Shown: in pieces, positions 13,449 to 27,779 of the stretch | How positions within the stretch are numbered: position 1 is the first letter of the stretch | How the letters are laid out: the number at the start of each line of letters is the position of its first letter | Origin: Schmidtea polychroa | Taxonomy: Eukaryota | Direction: 5' to 3' | Length of the DNA: 64,000 nt | NCBI GenBank assembly: GCA_044892525.1 | Contig: CM097885.1 | Coordinates: 25,174,001 to 25,238,000 of the forward strand | Program-made: the position numbers and the translations under genes | Notes under the pieces: model-generated | Database searches by the model: none | Told to the model about the DNA's origin: nothing | The model's input: the letters and a program-made list of their open reading frames with translations, nothing else

Positions 13449-14370
13449 TGTATAAATAAAAATAATTAAAAAGATAAGTTTTAATTTATACAGCCAATTA
13501 TGATTTTAATTGTTAAATAAGTTTGGTTAAATTACAAATCTATGTTTTTTCGTTGCGTGTGTTTGAGACCCCTGCTCTAACGTCATATTCCTCCAAATTT
13601 CAGATAGCACTTCACCTGCTTTCTTAATATTCTGTTTTTCCAAATTGTCATCAATTGTACATCCCGAAGCATTGAGATGGCTACCATATGAGTCATGAGG
13701 AAGAATGATGCCGGCAAGTTCTTTGCTGATAGGTGCCATTCGTCTTTCAACGTAATTGAATGCCGATAAACCTGGTGCATGTGTCATTGTGATATAGACG
13801 TCAAGATTGTATTTTTTAAATCGGTCAACAGCCACTGCCAAAGATTTTGGATATCTTGGATTTTCATCTGGTCCTCGTTCTACAAAGGCTAGAAAATCAG
13901 TTTAACAACTCCATTAAGATTCGCAACTTCTTGGAATGATTCCAATTCAATAAGGTGTTCGACATCTCTACCATGACTGAAAGATGTACTGCCATCATGT
14001 TTCGCACTTCTGATAGCGATGTACATTGGTCCAGAATAAGAAATATCGAATGATGCATGTTCACTTGGTGCTTTGATGACGCAGGCAACATACACTGATG
14101 GATTAAGTTTGTGCCTACTCGCAATGACAAAATCATGATCAGGAAGGCGAACTTCGTATTCGAGACACATGAGAATTGGCGCCTGTTTACTTGCTGCTGC
14201 TAGACCAAGTGGCACCTTGGCTTTGTCATCTATTGATAGAACAAAGACTGCCGATGGTCCAAACAAGGCAGCAACGGATTTCAAATACTCCTTTGTTGCA
14301 AATGTGAAATCCACATCAACATGGTGTTTGTGTTGACTGTTTTCTGGGCGTGCTAGGTTATAGGCTACAA
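12584..14370 (-). pseudogene. Zator transposase: frameshift at ~13890, interrupted by a hAT MITE, N-terminus missing
   Basis: ORFs 13889-14314, 13527-13841 and 12584-13246 are consecutive parts of one protein. Removing the MITE plus one TSD rejoins ...EIWRNMTLE-GHPVEAEY... in frame. Confidence 0.85.
13210..13574. mobile_element. hAT (Charlie-like) MITE nested in the Zator transposase
   Basis: Ends caggggtttcaaac / gtttgagacccctg; 8-bp TSD ctctaacg (13202-13209, 13575-13582); subterminal gcgggccgca motifs. Confidence 0.9.
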
Positions 14371-14593
14371 GTTTGCAAGTCTTACTAAGAGATGGGAGAA
14401 AATAATATTCAAATAATAGGGGTGTTGGGTAGGTATTAGGTTTAGTCTGAGGATGTCCTAAGCACTTGGACCCTCTCCCCCATTGTCCCCTTTGTAGAGA
14501 CCCCCTCTCCCCTCCCTCTTAGGGGACGTCCTTAATGGATGCTCCCTAATAATAATAATTCCACAATAAAAGCATAAAGTAAATAAAAAACGT

Positions 14594-14712
<119 letters not shown>

Positions 14713-17700
14713 TAATAATAAAATAATACAAAAATTTATTATAATAACATTTTATAAATGATTCTACTATCGAAAAATTATTTTAAAGTTTAAATAATAA
14801 TAATAAAATTTGGCAAATAGCAAAGTACTCGTCTAAATAACAAACGTTTTTGAAAGAAATTATTTGCAGCAAATAACTAAAATGACTTTTAAATGTCCAT
14901 ACGATTGCTTTATCAAAAAAAACATACAAAATGGAGTCGGACAAAATAAGTGTAAATTATTAATATTATTCCTTCAGCCAATCTTGAGGCAGACCATATA
15001 TATATTTGCGAAAGTTTCAGAAATTTTCCACACATTCCTAACATTTCTAAAAAATCCCTAAAATCACAAAATATAATTTCAATTCTTTTATTCTTATTTT
15101 TATTGTTTAAATGAATCGATACAAAATGAAACATTGTTTGCAGAATATTGTGTAAAGAAAAGAGTGATATTGATTTCATAGAAATTCGATAGCAGTTTTC
15201 TAAAGATCTTTCTTTATCTTTATTCGAAAATCTTTATTTTAAACAAAACAAAAATATACTTCAGAATTTTTTTTTGTTTAAATGGATTACTTTGTAATAA
15301 TTAAATTGGTTTTTTATACATAGATGTTTTTAAAAAAAATTTTTTTCAATGAAAATAGATCAATAAGTTAAATTAAATTTTTCATCAATGTCAACAATGG
15401 GAATCATTGTATAGAATTTACTAATTTTCCTTTTATTGTTTTATCAATTAGGAAAAATTGAAAAAGAACTTAACAAGTATGTGAGATTATGACAGAACTG
15501 GTGTAAACCTTTGCTCGCTCAAAATAAATACTTTTAAATAAATTATTTATTATAAAGAGATCCTTACGTATTATATATGATCATAGATTATTATTAAATA
15601 AATTTTCTGGACTATTTTGTTGCTAAGTCATTAATATGTACAGAATTTTCTATTTCGCTGTCGGTAGATAAAATAGTTAGAGATGTAAAGCGGTCTTGTC
15701 TTACTGGAAATCGAAGGTAATTCTTAATCTTCATTTTATTAAAATATAAATTAAATAATTATTAAAAATTTGTTTTATTAAAGCCAAATGCTGAATCAAC
15801 GAATATATTATTGATTTTTAAATTCATTAAATAAAATCGATAATTTTGTGCAGACTCAACATTAATATGAATTTTTTTAATTAAAAATTTAATTAAAATA
15901 TTTGTTAAATTATTATTATAAATTTGTTTTATTAAAGTCGAATGTTGAATCATCAAATATATTATTGATTTTTCAATTCATTAAAAAAATCGATAATTTT
16001 GTGCAGACTCAACATTAATGTGAATTTTTCAAATTCAAACTCATAATTAAAACAAATAATTAATATTAAAATTAAACTATTTTTATAAATGAACTAGAAC
16101 ATCTCCCAACATATTTGAATAAAAAACAGTCCTGTAAATCTAAATTGTTTATAGAAATCAATGAAATTATACAATGCAACTGTTTTCAGTCTGTTCTTCG
16201 CCAAAAATTCTAAAGAAATTCTTATATCTCTGACAGAAATTCGAGTTATTGCTACGAATTATGGTTGGGCATTTAAAACAAAAAAATGTCGACAGTCGAC
16301 CAATAAACATCAAGTATCAAATGCAGAAGAGAAATTACAAATACTATCTTTAGTGAAAGACATGAAAATTTTTATTTGAGTAACATAGCGATATCTTGAT
16401 TTGAACGAAACGATGCCATGTTTTTCTTGGAGGAAATTCTCTGTGATTCTTTGATTGTTGATTCATTTGGAAATATCTGCATCGTTTTCTGCCGCTTCCA
16501 GCACCATAAATTAGAATGGTATGGTATATATTTTATTAGACTTTTCTTATTCACATATTAATTATTTACACTAATTTTTAATCAATAATTTAAAATAATT
16601 TTTTGCTTATTTTTCAAAAATTTAAAAAATTAAAATTAATTTTAAAATATTAAATAATTATTTTTGAAATTTATTTACTTTTTAATATTAAATAGAAATC
16701 AATTATATTCTTTTTTATCAACTAGGAAATTTGAATTCAAATTTAAATTTTCTTTAAATAATTTTATTTTAATTAATAAATATCAACATATATTTTTCCA
16801 ATATTTTTATATTTTGATATTCAATATGGATGTGCTGTTTTATTGATTAATAAATTGATGGACATTTTACATTATCATTAATCAATTATTTTCTCGAACT
16901 TTCATTGGATAATTTTATTTTTATAGAAAACATAAATAAAATTTGTATTTGTAATTGTTAGAATTTATTTATTATTTTCTCTAAAATATAATATTAATCA
17001 TAATTATAATAATAATAATTCATGTAATTCATTTTCTTTTGACAAAACCAATAATAAATCTTTGAAAAAAATTAAATGGTATTCACGAGAGAGATGTTAT
17101 TTTGTTTTAATTACTGCTTGATAAAGTTGATTTATTATGTTTATTAAATTCAATTATATAAATTTTGAAATATATATTTTTATATATTTTAAATTGTATA
17201 TAATATTAATTACTTAATTTAAAGTCAAATTTGTTAAGGAAATATTTTTATAATTTATAAAACGAAGTAAATATTTCTAATGTGTATTTATGTGCAAACA
17301 AAAGAAAATTTTATTATATAAAATTTCTATCAAAAAAATATTTTATTCAAAGCATTATAACAACCATTTTCATATTCTTCATTACAATCCATGTTTATAT
17401 TTTTTAGGCAGGAAAAAAATTTAACTCTCACTTGTCATATATCAAATATCTAACAATATTGCATTTTATTACGATATTTGAAAACACAAATTTCACGACA
17501 ACCAAAATCTACAATGACTAAATTTTCCTATAAAAAATTAATTATTTTTGAACCTCACTTACATTTTATTAAATAACAATGGTGATTTAGACATACATAA
17601 AATAAGACCATTATTTAAAAGTTTATTTTTGCAATATATTTCGACAGCTCGGCTGTCATCAGCATTCACTAAGCAACTTATACTTGAATTATTTTTATTG

Positions 17701-18200
17701 GTCCATTAATAATTACATAATTATATGCGAGGAATTGAATAAAATTTATTATTACTAATAAAATTAATTAAACACCAAAAATACACGTAGTTAATTCATT
17801 TTATTTGTTGGTTTATGGCTTAAATGATTTTATTACGAAATCTTCACAAGTAATACGACCCTTTATTTACAGTATAAAAAAACAAGAAAAATCGCTATTA
17901 CACACAAATTAGTAATTAGGGCAATCAAAAAATTGTATTTATAAAGCGTCAAAATTGCATATAAAAGGTATATTTAATTGCCAGGAAAAACGTTATCAAG
18001 TGAGGGCATTTCATCTAAATTATATGTTTATCTGTTTAGGTGCTACTCGGTCTCTATGCTGCAACTGAATGAAATTTTTCAATATTGGAAAGTTTTCTAG
18101 CAAAAAACCGAAACTTTGATGATTTTAATATTTCTGTCTAAATATCTTTATACTATAACGAATATGTCAAATCTGATATTAAAATTGACGAATTTGATAA

Positions 18201-18440
18201 CAGACAATATTAAACGTTCAGTATTTTAATTAAAATGTTCAGTAATTTATGTTTCAGTAAATAAGATAATTTTTTTCAGTAAAAAAGATTATAATCCAAA
18301 GTAAACATATTTTTGGTCAATATATTATCAAAAATAGAGAGTAAAGCAACGGTTAGGGTTAGGGCAATTTATTTAAAAATTAATGAACATTTAATCCATT
18401 TTACTGAGTATAAAATATACCGAACATTTAAATCGTACCC
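18201..18440. mobile_element. Degenerate TIR MITE with 9-bp TSD (MULE- or Merlin-like)
   Basis: atttgataa flanks both sides (18192-18200, 18441-18449); imperfect TIRs (taaacgttcagta vs taccgaacattta); internal ggttagggttaggg. Confidence 0.45.
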
Positions 18441-20829
18441 ATTTGATAAATAAAGTTTTCTGCTGATTTAATTTTTTTTCTTACAATTAAATGGAATTTT
18501 TACACTCTTTTCTAAATTTAAAATTTTTTTCCTGTGGCTCTAGGAATTACATAACTATTCTTAATTAATTGAATAAAATTTATTAATCGTAATAAATTTA
18601 ATTAAACACCAAAAATACACGTGTTAATGCATTTTATATTTTGGTTTATTGGCTTAAACGATCCTATTACCAAAGCTTCACAACTAATACAAGCCTTAAA
18701 ATTTCTATTGAAAGGAAATCAGCGGTGAAAATTGAAAAAAGTTCTTATAATATTATTATTATGATTTGAAAGTTATATTAATTATATTAATTATTGTATG
18801 ATTGCTTAATGGACATTCTAATTTTTCTATGTTAAAAATATTTCTTAAAATTCGAAAAGCTATAAAATATCAATTGTTTTGTTCTTTAAAACCTTTTTTA
18901 CGAATGAGGGAATTTTTGTTTATATTTAATGACTTTTCTGTTGATTAAATATTAATTTATGCGATTCCAAAAATATTATTTATTTCTTATTTTTATCCCG
19001 TTTACTAATACTTGCAAATAATATTTTCCTTAAAAATGTGTTTAAAATCCAGATTTCATCAATTAAAACAATTAGCAAAATAAAAGAAGAAGAAAAACTT
19101 GTGTAAAGATGCAAAAGCCGTGTAAATGAAATATTGGTATACTCCTACAAGACAGATAATTTATTCATTTTCGCATTAATTTTATATTTTTGCTTTTTCT
19201 TTCTTCCTAAATAGGATTCTTCAGTTGAATTAATTTGTTCTGCAACACGATTCTGACCACACTTAGTTCTCCATGAATATATCCATCAATTAATTTATTT
19301 CATGCCCCACAAGTTATTGGTAGGCATATCCGTAAACTTGAATTGGTTAAATCGTAACACGCTCTCAAACGCGTCTCACATTTGACGAGTTGAATTATTC
19401 ATTCGGATTAATTAACTCAGCTACAAGGAGAACCAATTAACTCGATTTTTCCCCATTAATTAAAACACAGGAACAACTAAACCAAAATGCGTAGAAAACA
19501 TGAAAATAAATTCTAAAAATAATAAATCCTTTATTCAAAAATGATGTCGTAAAATATCGCTTATTGAATAAGGCGATTTTCAATTTAGGAAAACAAATTT
19601 TTATTGCGAGTTTTGTTTTAAATTTGAAAAATTCATTTTACATATAAAACAAAATATTGATTTATAATAAAATAAAAAGAAAATAAAAAATAAAAAATGA
19701 TTAATATTGAAAAGGAGAAACAGATTTTAACGATAAATATTTTTGAAGTTTTGATGAATAATGTGAAGTAAAAGGTGTTTTCGTATTTTTAAATAAAAAA
19801 ATTGACAATTTCTTTTAAAAAATAGGCAACAAAAAGGTTGAGAGATATTTGATAATTTACGCAGTTTATTTGTTAACAATAAAGGTTGGTATTTATTATT
19901 TGACAAGATTTAAGAAATTCAAACTCATTCTTCAAACTCATAAAAATACGTTTACTAATAAAGATCTAACGCTTAGGATGATTCGCTTGAAGATGCGAAA
20001 AGTCACATCACTATTCTCACCTGATGTCCTATTAACATTTTTTCAATGAACTTTAAAAAACTTTATTTTTTTTTATTTTAAAAGGTTTCCCTTGCATTTT
20101 GATCATATTTTCAATCCTTCCAGAACCATGAAGACCATGAACAGATTCAATTACCATAGCATTTTATTGATACATTTCTCATTTTAAAATTTCTATCTTT
20201 TACTTTCTCCATATTTATTTTATATTTTCATTTAAACCAAATTTAACATTAACCTATTTTTTACATTTTATCTATGTTCAATTTAGACATCAAATATAAA
20301 TCAATGTATTTTATTAAACACAAATTTCCGACAGTGCTTTCACTTTCAAAGGTTAAAACACTAGAAAAAGGCAATACCAAAAATTCGTGTTAAATCGTAA
20401 AAATTAATCTCTAATTGAAACAAATAACTTTATTTAATTTTTGCAGTTATTTAACTATTATTCTTTACCTTAAAAAATTAATTATTAACATATATTTTCT
20501 TTACACCTCCTCCCATCTGAATTACCAACAAAGGAAAAGAATTGCATTTTAATCTATTTTGTTGGAAATTTACTGAATTTATTTTAAAGTTTTTCACGTC
20601 TATTTTCAAAATAAATTGAAATTACTTTTTTGTTATTTGTTATATTTTTAAAAATAATTCATATTAAAAGTAAATTGACATATAAATTTTAGTTTCAATT
20701 TTTCAAGAATAAAACCTTCACAAAAACGTCAAATTTTTTTCGAATATTCTCCATCCTAAATGCTAAATATAATAATTATAATAATATTAAAACAATAAAT
20801 GCTGTTACCAAGAAATCATCACTTTATAC

Positions 20830-21060
<231 letters not shown>

Positions 21061-22953
21061 TAAATTAATATATTTCCCTCCTTGATGCGCGTATTGTAAT
21101 TGGAAATTAAGCTGGGAAAACAACATCTGAGAACAAGTGCAATTACCCCCACCACAAACCAAAGCTGATGAAAATATAATTTCCAGATAATTGAATATTA
21201 TCGCATAAGTTAAAATTTTCCAACTAAGTTTTTTTTTTATTTCAAAACGACAAATTGTATTTCTTGATATTGCTTTCAATAACTCTCGAAATTGCTTTCA
21301 AATTAATTTAAATATGAAAGCCTCTAGTTTCAGTAATTCGCATATCCGGCAGGCAACATTGAAAGAGAGAAACGATAACGACGATGACGACGACGACAAC
21401 GAAAACGACGATGCTGCTGCTGCTGATGATGATGTTGAAGATGAGAGAATTTATTTTTGGAAATAATTTCTACTTGGGATTCTACTCGAACCGTTTCATG
21501 CGCGACTATTCAAATACAAGTGTTACTTTGATAAATGGGAAATTTATCCTTATTCCCGATCTTCAGCCTTTAAATGAATTTTATTTATTATTGCGGAAAA
21601 TTTTAAATACGATTTTTTTTGATTTGCAAACGGCATTATTTGGAAATTTAAAAAATTATAGTCGGGAAAATTGAACAAATAAAAATCTCCTAGCATATTC
21701 GCAAGTAAGAAATAAGTAATAAGGGAAATTTAATATAAACATTTGGGTTTAATAACAAAATAAATATATTTAAATATATTTTTGCATTAAAATTCTTTCA
21801 CTCGATATATGAAATTTGTTATTATGTGCGTTAATAAATAACAATAGATCAATAAATTTCTTAAGGATTACTATCAATTTCTGCACACCTTTATCACATT
21901 CTATTCAACCAATCACAGTCAAGGAATAAAATTTATTTAAATTTTATTTTAGAAATATTTTATTGGTTAGTCATTATCGATTACAAACTTGTTAAGATCA
22001 TTCACATTAGCAATTGCCATATACACTTTTATAAATGTACATAACGGGACCCTAAGCTTTCTTTAAATAAAATTACAAATTATAAATACTTTCTCAAATT
22101 AAATTACCTCCTATAACTCACAGTACCGCCATCTTTAACTTTGTAAAGTTAGTGGATTATAATTTGGATATGGATAAAAATGATGTGTTGTTTTAATGCA
22201 TAGTTTTCAATAATGTAATTTTTACTTTGACTTAATCTATTTTATTTGATATAAGATTTAATTTTTTTAACATAAAATACGTTGCATTTTCTGAAGTCAA
22301 AATGTATAAAATATGAACAAGCATAGATTTTATAAGGGTAATAAATATTCTCATACAATATATTTCATTCTTCAGACAGTACCCTAAATAGTAATGCCGT
22401 TTTCCCACATTGCTGAAAAGTAACGCGTTTCAGAACTCAACACAGTTGCAAGAACTCAAGTGCAAAAAATTTCGGATTCAATTTATTAATCACTTATTAT
22501 TTTCTACCGCAGACACTTTCAATTTTTTTCTTTTCCTAAACCCTTAATCATGATTTTTTACATACTATTTTCATACAAACTGATTTGATATCATTAATCT
22601 AGCAATTTCCACTTATGTAGGATCACGTCTTTTCTATGTTTGTTTAATCAAGTATCTCACAACTAACAGTAATAAAATAAAATAATATAAATCATTTCAA
22701 ATAATTAGTTATTAATTAATATTAATTGAATTCTGTAAAACTTCAATTTAAAAATCGAATTAAAGACACTTTCAAAAATGATTTTCTATTGAATTCTTTT
22801 TCTTTTCCAGATGTTGATGACGTTTTAATTAAAATATTACTTCTCATTAATTATTTAAACGAGAAACTGAATACAGAACACTTCATTAAAACAACGTTAT
22901 AAGCTAGTTCATTACATATTGTATAATTTTTCCATTTCATTATTTTTTAAATC

Positions 22954-22988
<35 letters not shown>

Positions 22989-23450
22989 TAATAAAGAAAC
23001 ATGGTAAAGATTTTATTAATAAAAATCGCCATTTGTACATCTTTTTCACTATATATTTCGATAGCATCACTATCATAATCAGGTTAGCTACATTAACGAC
23101 GGTGAATTTAAATCTAAAAGAAATATGGCGAAAGGATTGGTTTATCGATCATGGTGCTTATCTTCTACTTTTAAAAATTCAGTAAAAAGTGTAGATAAAT
23201 TAGTTGAATTACTGGTAAAGAATGGCTACTCAAAACGGTTTTTATTTTTAACGTTGAAAAAGTCTGTTGATAAATGTATGAATAATGCTAAGGATCGTAG
23301 TATGAATGAATGTAAATTGACTGATATGTCGAATGATGTAGTGAATATGAATATACTAACAAACAAGATGAGACAAAATATACGATGGTATTGCTGTATT
23401 CTGAAGGATATAAAGATTTCAAATGAAAGATAGGTAAACAGCTGGGTAAA

Positions 23451-23831
23451 TTGAATTATAGAATTGTTTCAAAATCGTGCAAACTACGTAGTATATTTGT
23501 TAGTAAATCTCAAACGCCGGTTGGATTGTGTTCGGATCTCGTTTATCAATTCACATGTAATGGATGTAATGCCACATACATTGGAGAGACTTCCCGTCAT
23601 CTCTGTACTCGAGTTCAAGAACACTGTCGACCGAAGGGGATGTTCAATATTAAGGATCATAATAAAGTCTGTATGAGAGAATTAGGAATGTCTGATTTTA
23701 AAGTCTTATCAAAAAATTTTGATAATTGTTTTGAGCGTGTGATATGTGAAGCATTATTGATAAGAACTTTTAATCCTAAAATCAATGTGCAGAATGCAGT
23801 GAATATGTGTGTGTTGAATGTTTTTAATTAA
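23451..23831 (+). pseudogene. Penelope GIY-YIG endonuclease domain
   Basis: SDLVYQFTCNGCNATYIGETSRHLCTRVQEH...H...C...F.VL...R.I.EALLI...NPKIN.Q. Confidence 0.9.
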
Positions 23832-24044
23832 GTTTTTGTATGTTGATGTATATTGAATAATAATTATGTTAAATAATTAAAAAATAATTAAAATAATATT
23901 TTTAAAGAATTTTAAAAGTTTAAAATAATTGAATGTTGAAAATTATTTTTAAAAATAATTATTTAAAATTTCGAAATTTCAAAATTTTATAATTTGTTTA
24001 TAAATTATCAATATTGTATAGTTATTCATCCATCGTGAATGTAA

Positions 24045-24090
24045 GCAACCTGATGATGGTAGTGATGCTATCGAAATATATAGTGAAAAA
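24045..24090 (+). ncRNA. Minimal type I hammerhead-ribozyme-like motif in the Penelope pseudo-LTR
   Basis: CTGATGA (24050-24056), stem ggtagt-gat-gctatc, GAAA (24073-24076), palindromic TATA, putative AUA cleavage triplet. Stem I is weak. The inverted copy at ~23047-23093 has CTGATTA. Confidence 0.55.
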
Positions 24091-24761
24091 GATGTACGAA
24101 TGACGAAATATTCATAGTTTCTTAAAAGAAATTTATGTTAAATGATATACATGAAAGAGTAACAGTAAGTGGACATCCTATTCATAGATAATCCTTTATC
24201 TTTATTTCTATGTAATTGATTTGATCATTAGTCATAATAAAAATAAATGAAATGTTAAAATGAAAATAAAGAGAATTGGCTATTATATAATAATTCAATC
24301 TAATACGAATGATAAATCTGATGTTGTAATCTTATCAACTGAATATTTTATTACCTTGCTTTTGTTGATTATTTTCTTTGGAAATATAAACATTCATCAA
24401 AAAAGAAAGATGTTAATATTACATTGTCAGTTATGATTAGTATTAAATTGAAAAATATTATTTTATAATTGCTAATTCTTTTTGAATAAAATTAATTGTA
24501 AAGAATAAAATTAATCTTGTTGATACAAATTTATTAAATTACAAATTCTGACTTATTTAATTTAAAATTGCTAATTTTCAACATACTAATACTTACATCA
24601 TCAACAATCATTTTCTTGTATTATTAAATTATTATGTAACATAGAAGAGGAGAGTAAATAATACAAATCTCTACAATATCTAAATCGGAGAACCAAACGT
24701 AGAATAAATATCTAATAATAAATATATAAATCAAAATCAAATCCCTCAATTTATCCCTTAA

Positions 24762-24919
24762 CCGTTTGCGGACGGTAGGCCAGACGTTCTACAATGTATA
24801 ATGGCCAGCTGTGCTGGCCAAACATTAAAAAAATCATACCCCGATATCGGGCATTCGTATACTAAAATATTATGCTAAAATATATTCTACTTATTAAAAT
24901 TAATTCCGTCCGCAAACGG
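24762..24919. mobile_element. piggyBac MITE
   Basis: TIRs ccgtttgcggacgg / ccgtccgcaaacgg with TTAA on both sides. Confidence 0.88.
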
Positions 24920-25480
24920 TTAAGTATGTATTTATCATAAAATATGTCATTCATATGCCATAATTTTACAATGTTCATACAAGTTGTTTCAAAAAGTAAT
25001 CTAAAACTCCTCTGAATCTGCAAACCTTTTTTAAACCTTTAAACCTTTCTTAAATTCCTTATGCCTCCAATTTAGCCTCGTGCCTTCACCACATATCCAC
25101 TATTCAAAATAACTCGCTTGGAGTAAACATTCAAATAAATTTAGGAACTTAAAAAACATCTTTACATATAAAAACATTTAAAAGAAAATGAAGGTGAACA
25201 TTAATGCTCTTTTAACATATTTTCCGCCATTAAATATATATTTCGGATATTCAACCTTTTTGGCTAAGTCCAATATTTCCGTAATAGACAAGCAGATTAT
25301 GTTATATCTCCATTGCTATTTCAATATCAATTATTTTTTCTTGGAAAAGAAATATGATACTCAGAGAAAATAATTTACTTTTCAAATTATTACGGACAAC
25401 AACATTCAGAAATACGAAATGATAAATAAAACATAATGTTATAAAGTCTTAAATTTTTCCCAAATAAAATTCATTAAGTA

Positions 25481-25591
25481 TCCTAAAATCGCGCAGATAA
25501 ACCGCATTTATATATATTTTTAAAAATCACACTTCTTAAAAGTCACTTAACATTTTTTCTAAAAACATTGCTTATCTGTGCGATTTTAGGA
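25481..25591. mobile_element. Small TA-flanked MITE
   Basis: TIRs tcctaaaatcgcgcagataa / ttatctgtgcgattttagga, flanked by TA. Confidence 0.65.
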
Positions 25592-25812
25592 TAATTAAAA
25601 AATTAAAAATTATATAAAATCTAGTAAATATTGAGATAACAACAACAATAATAATAAGCAAATGATGTGATTTTCAGTGTACCGGGGAAATTATGCCATA
25701 AAGATGAATCATCAATATTGTATATTTACCTGGCGAGAAGAGAAATCTCAAAACTAGCCTACTATTGGGATTAGCACTGGGTATTATAGAGCTTGTGCTG
25801 TTTAAATTAAAC

Positions 25813-25993
<181 letters not shown>

Positions 25994-26399
25994 GTAATAA
26001 TAATTATTAGTTGTAATATAATTGCATTAAATTTCGTTATTCATTCTAAATTGATAAATGAATAAGTATATTTAAGTATTATATATTTATATATTATATA
26101 TTTCAATTTTGATGCTGTGCTTTAATTTTCAAATTCAAATTAAAATATTAAAATTCATAAATAATAATAATTGTAAAAATTGTAAAATTTGTTAATCAAA
26201 ACTTAAAAATTCAAATATTAAAATTTAAAAATCATTGAAACTAAAATTTCAGCCAACAAACATTAATTTAAATTTAAATAACATTTTTCTAGATTTTAGA
26301 ATTTGAAACTGTAATTCTTTACATCCTTTCTTTTTAAAATTTTTAATTTTCTCTACTTTCTGATTATTGCCTTGCCTCCTTCGCATATTAACAAATAAC

Positions 26400-27530
26400 G
26401 GTTTTTCGTGTATTTTCTTAATCATCGTATACGGTCCTCTATTCTTGGTCTTTATTTTGAATCTCGTGTTTTATAACTGTTTATAACTGTTTCTATTACC
26501 TTTGCTGTTTCTGCTTCCCTGTGGTTTATTACGCTATCTATATTTTTTGCGCCATTACCATATCATTTTAATTGGTCAATCTTCCTATTAAATATCATTT
26601 CTGCTGGGCTTAATGTATGAGATTGTATTTCTATTAACTCATTGGTATTATGATGATATGTACTTGAAATAAATATATTTTAATTCCTACAGATTTTGGC
26701 AATTCTTTTATATCGTTAACTTAAAACAATTTCCACAATCCTCGTAAATTTCCTTTGGTATTCCACATCTCAATATCCATTTATCTAGCAAGATTTTTAT
26801 TATTGTTATCTCATCTGGTTTTGCTTTAGCAAATATATACATCTAATGTTTCTTTCATTGCTCCATATCACTCTTTTCAAATGGCTTTTTACTTAAACTT
26901 GTCCTTTTCCTTCCTTATTCTTTATAGAGTCTTCGTTTTCAAAACGGTTCGAAATTATCAATTTAAGTTCTTTTATTTACAATTTAAGTTTCCTCCCGCA
27001 TTAGATAATGGTTAAAATGTTTACAGAAGTTGTATATTGGTAGTAGTTCTTTTCTCGTTACACAGTATCCTTTTTCCTGACTGTTCATTGCTTGAAACCT
27101 ATATGCAATTACATGTTTATGTCCACAATCATCTTTCTGAGAAAGTATTGCTCCTATTGTATCGAAACATGCATCATATCCGATATGAATTCTACTCTAA
27201 AGTTTTTGAATCCCAATACTGATCTTATCAGTGCCAATGACTCTTTCATTCCTACAAATGCTTTTGCTTGCTTTGTATATTTTTTAATAAATCGTCTGTA
27301 GTAGTTATATATTTCTAAGAAAATTTCTACATTCTTTACCATTTTGGTCTTTCGAATAACTTCTTCAATTTTACCCTCTTCATTTCGAATCTTTTCACTC
27401 TTAATTTTATGTCCTAGAAATTCTACTTCCTTTTCAACACTTAGTACTATTTTATGTTAATCCATCGTTTAAAATACATTATAATTTTCTATTGTTCTCA
27501 TATATAATAACATATCATCTTACATACCAT
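26400..27530 (-). pseudogene. Degenerate Ty3/Gypsy pol (RT, RNase H and integrase remnants)
   Basis: Minus-strand peptides EKEVEFLGHKI, YYRRFIK, DKWILRCGIPKEI and SPAEMIFNR, with many stops and frameshifts. Confidence 0.7.
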
Positions 27531-27577
27531 TACTCCGTCTTTCTTATTATACTTTTAATAATAGTAATAGTAATAAT

Positions 27578-27779
<202 letters not shown>

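Larger units (their letters stand above)
12142..14546 (-). mobile_element. Zator DNA transposon (internally deleted)
   Basis: TIRs gggagcatccattaaggacgt.ccc / ggg.acgtccttaatggatgctccc; 3-bp TSD TAA (12139-12141, 14547-14549). Transposase motifs SIDDKAKVPLG, LPDHDF, GPDENPR and HAPGLSAFNYVERRMA. Confidence 0.85.
22993..24123 (+). mobile_element. Penelope-like retroelement, 5'-truncated, with an inverted 5' pseudo-LTR piece
   Basis: RT-thumb remnant (GLVYRSW.LSS...LVKNGYSK.F, 23125-23433) and GIY-YIG (23451-23831). 23030-23107 is the reverse complement of 24024-24103. Confidence 0.85.

Noticed and set aside
18351..18364. ggttagggttaggg telomere-like motif
   Set aside because: Only two units, inside a probable MITE; not a telomere.
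21313..21674. Acidic (GAC/GAT)n ORF and following ORF
   Set aside because: A short trinucleotide-repeat region with no recognisable domain or convincing splice structure.
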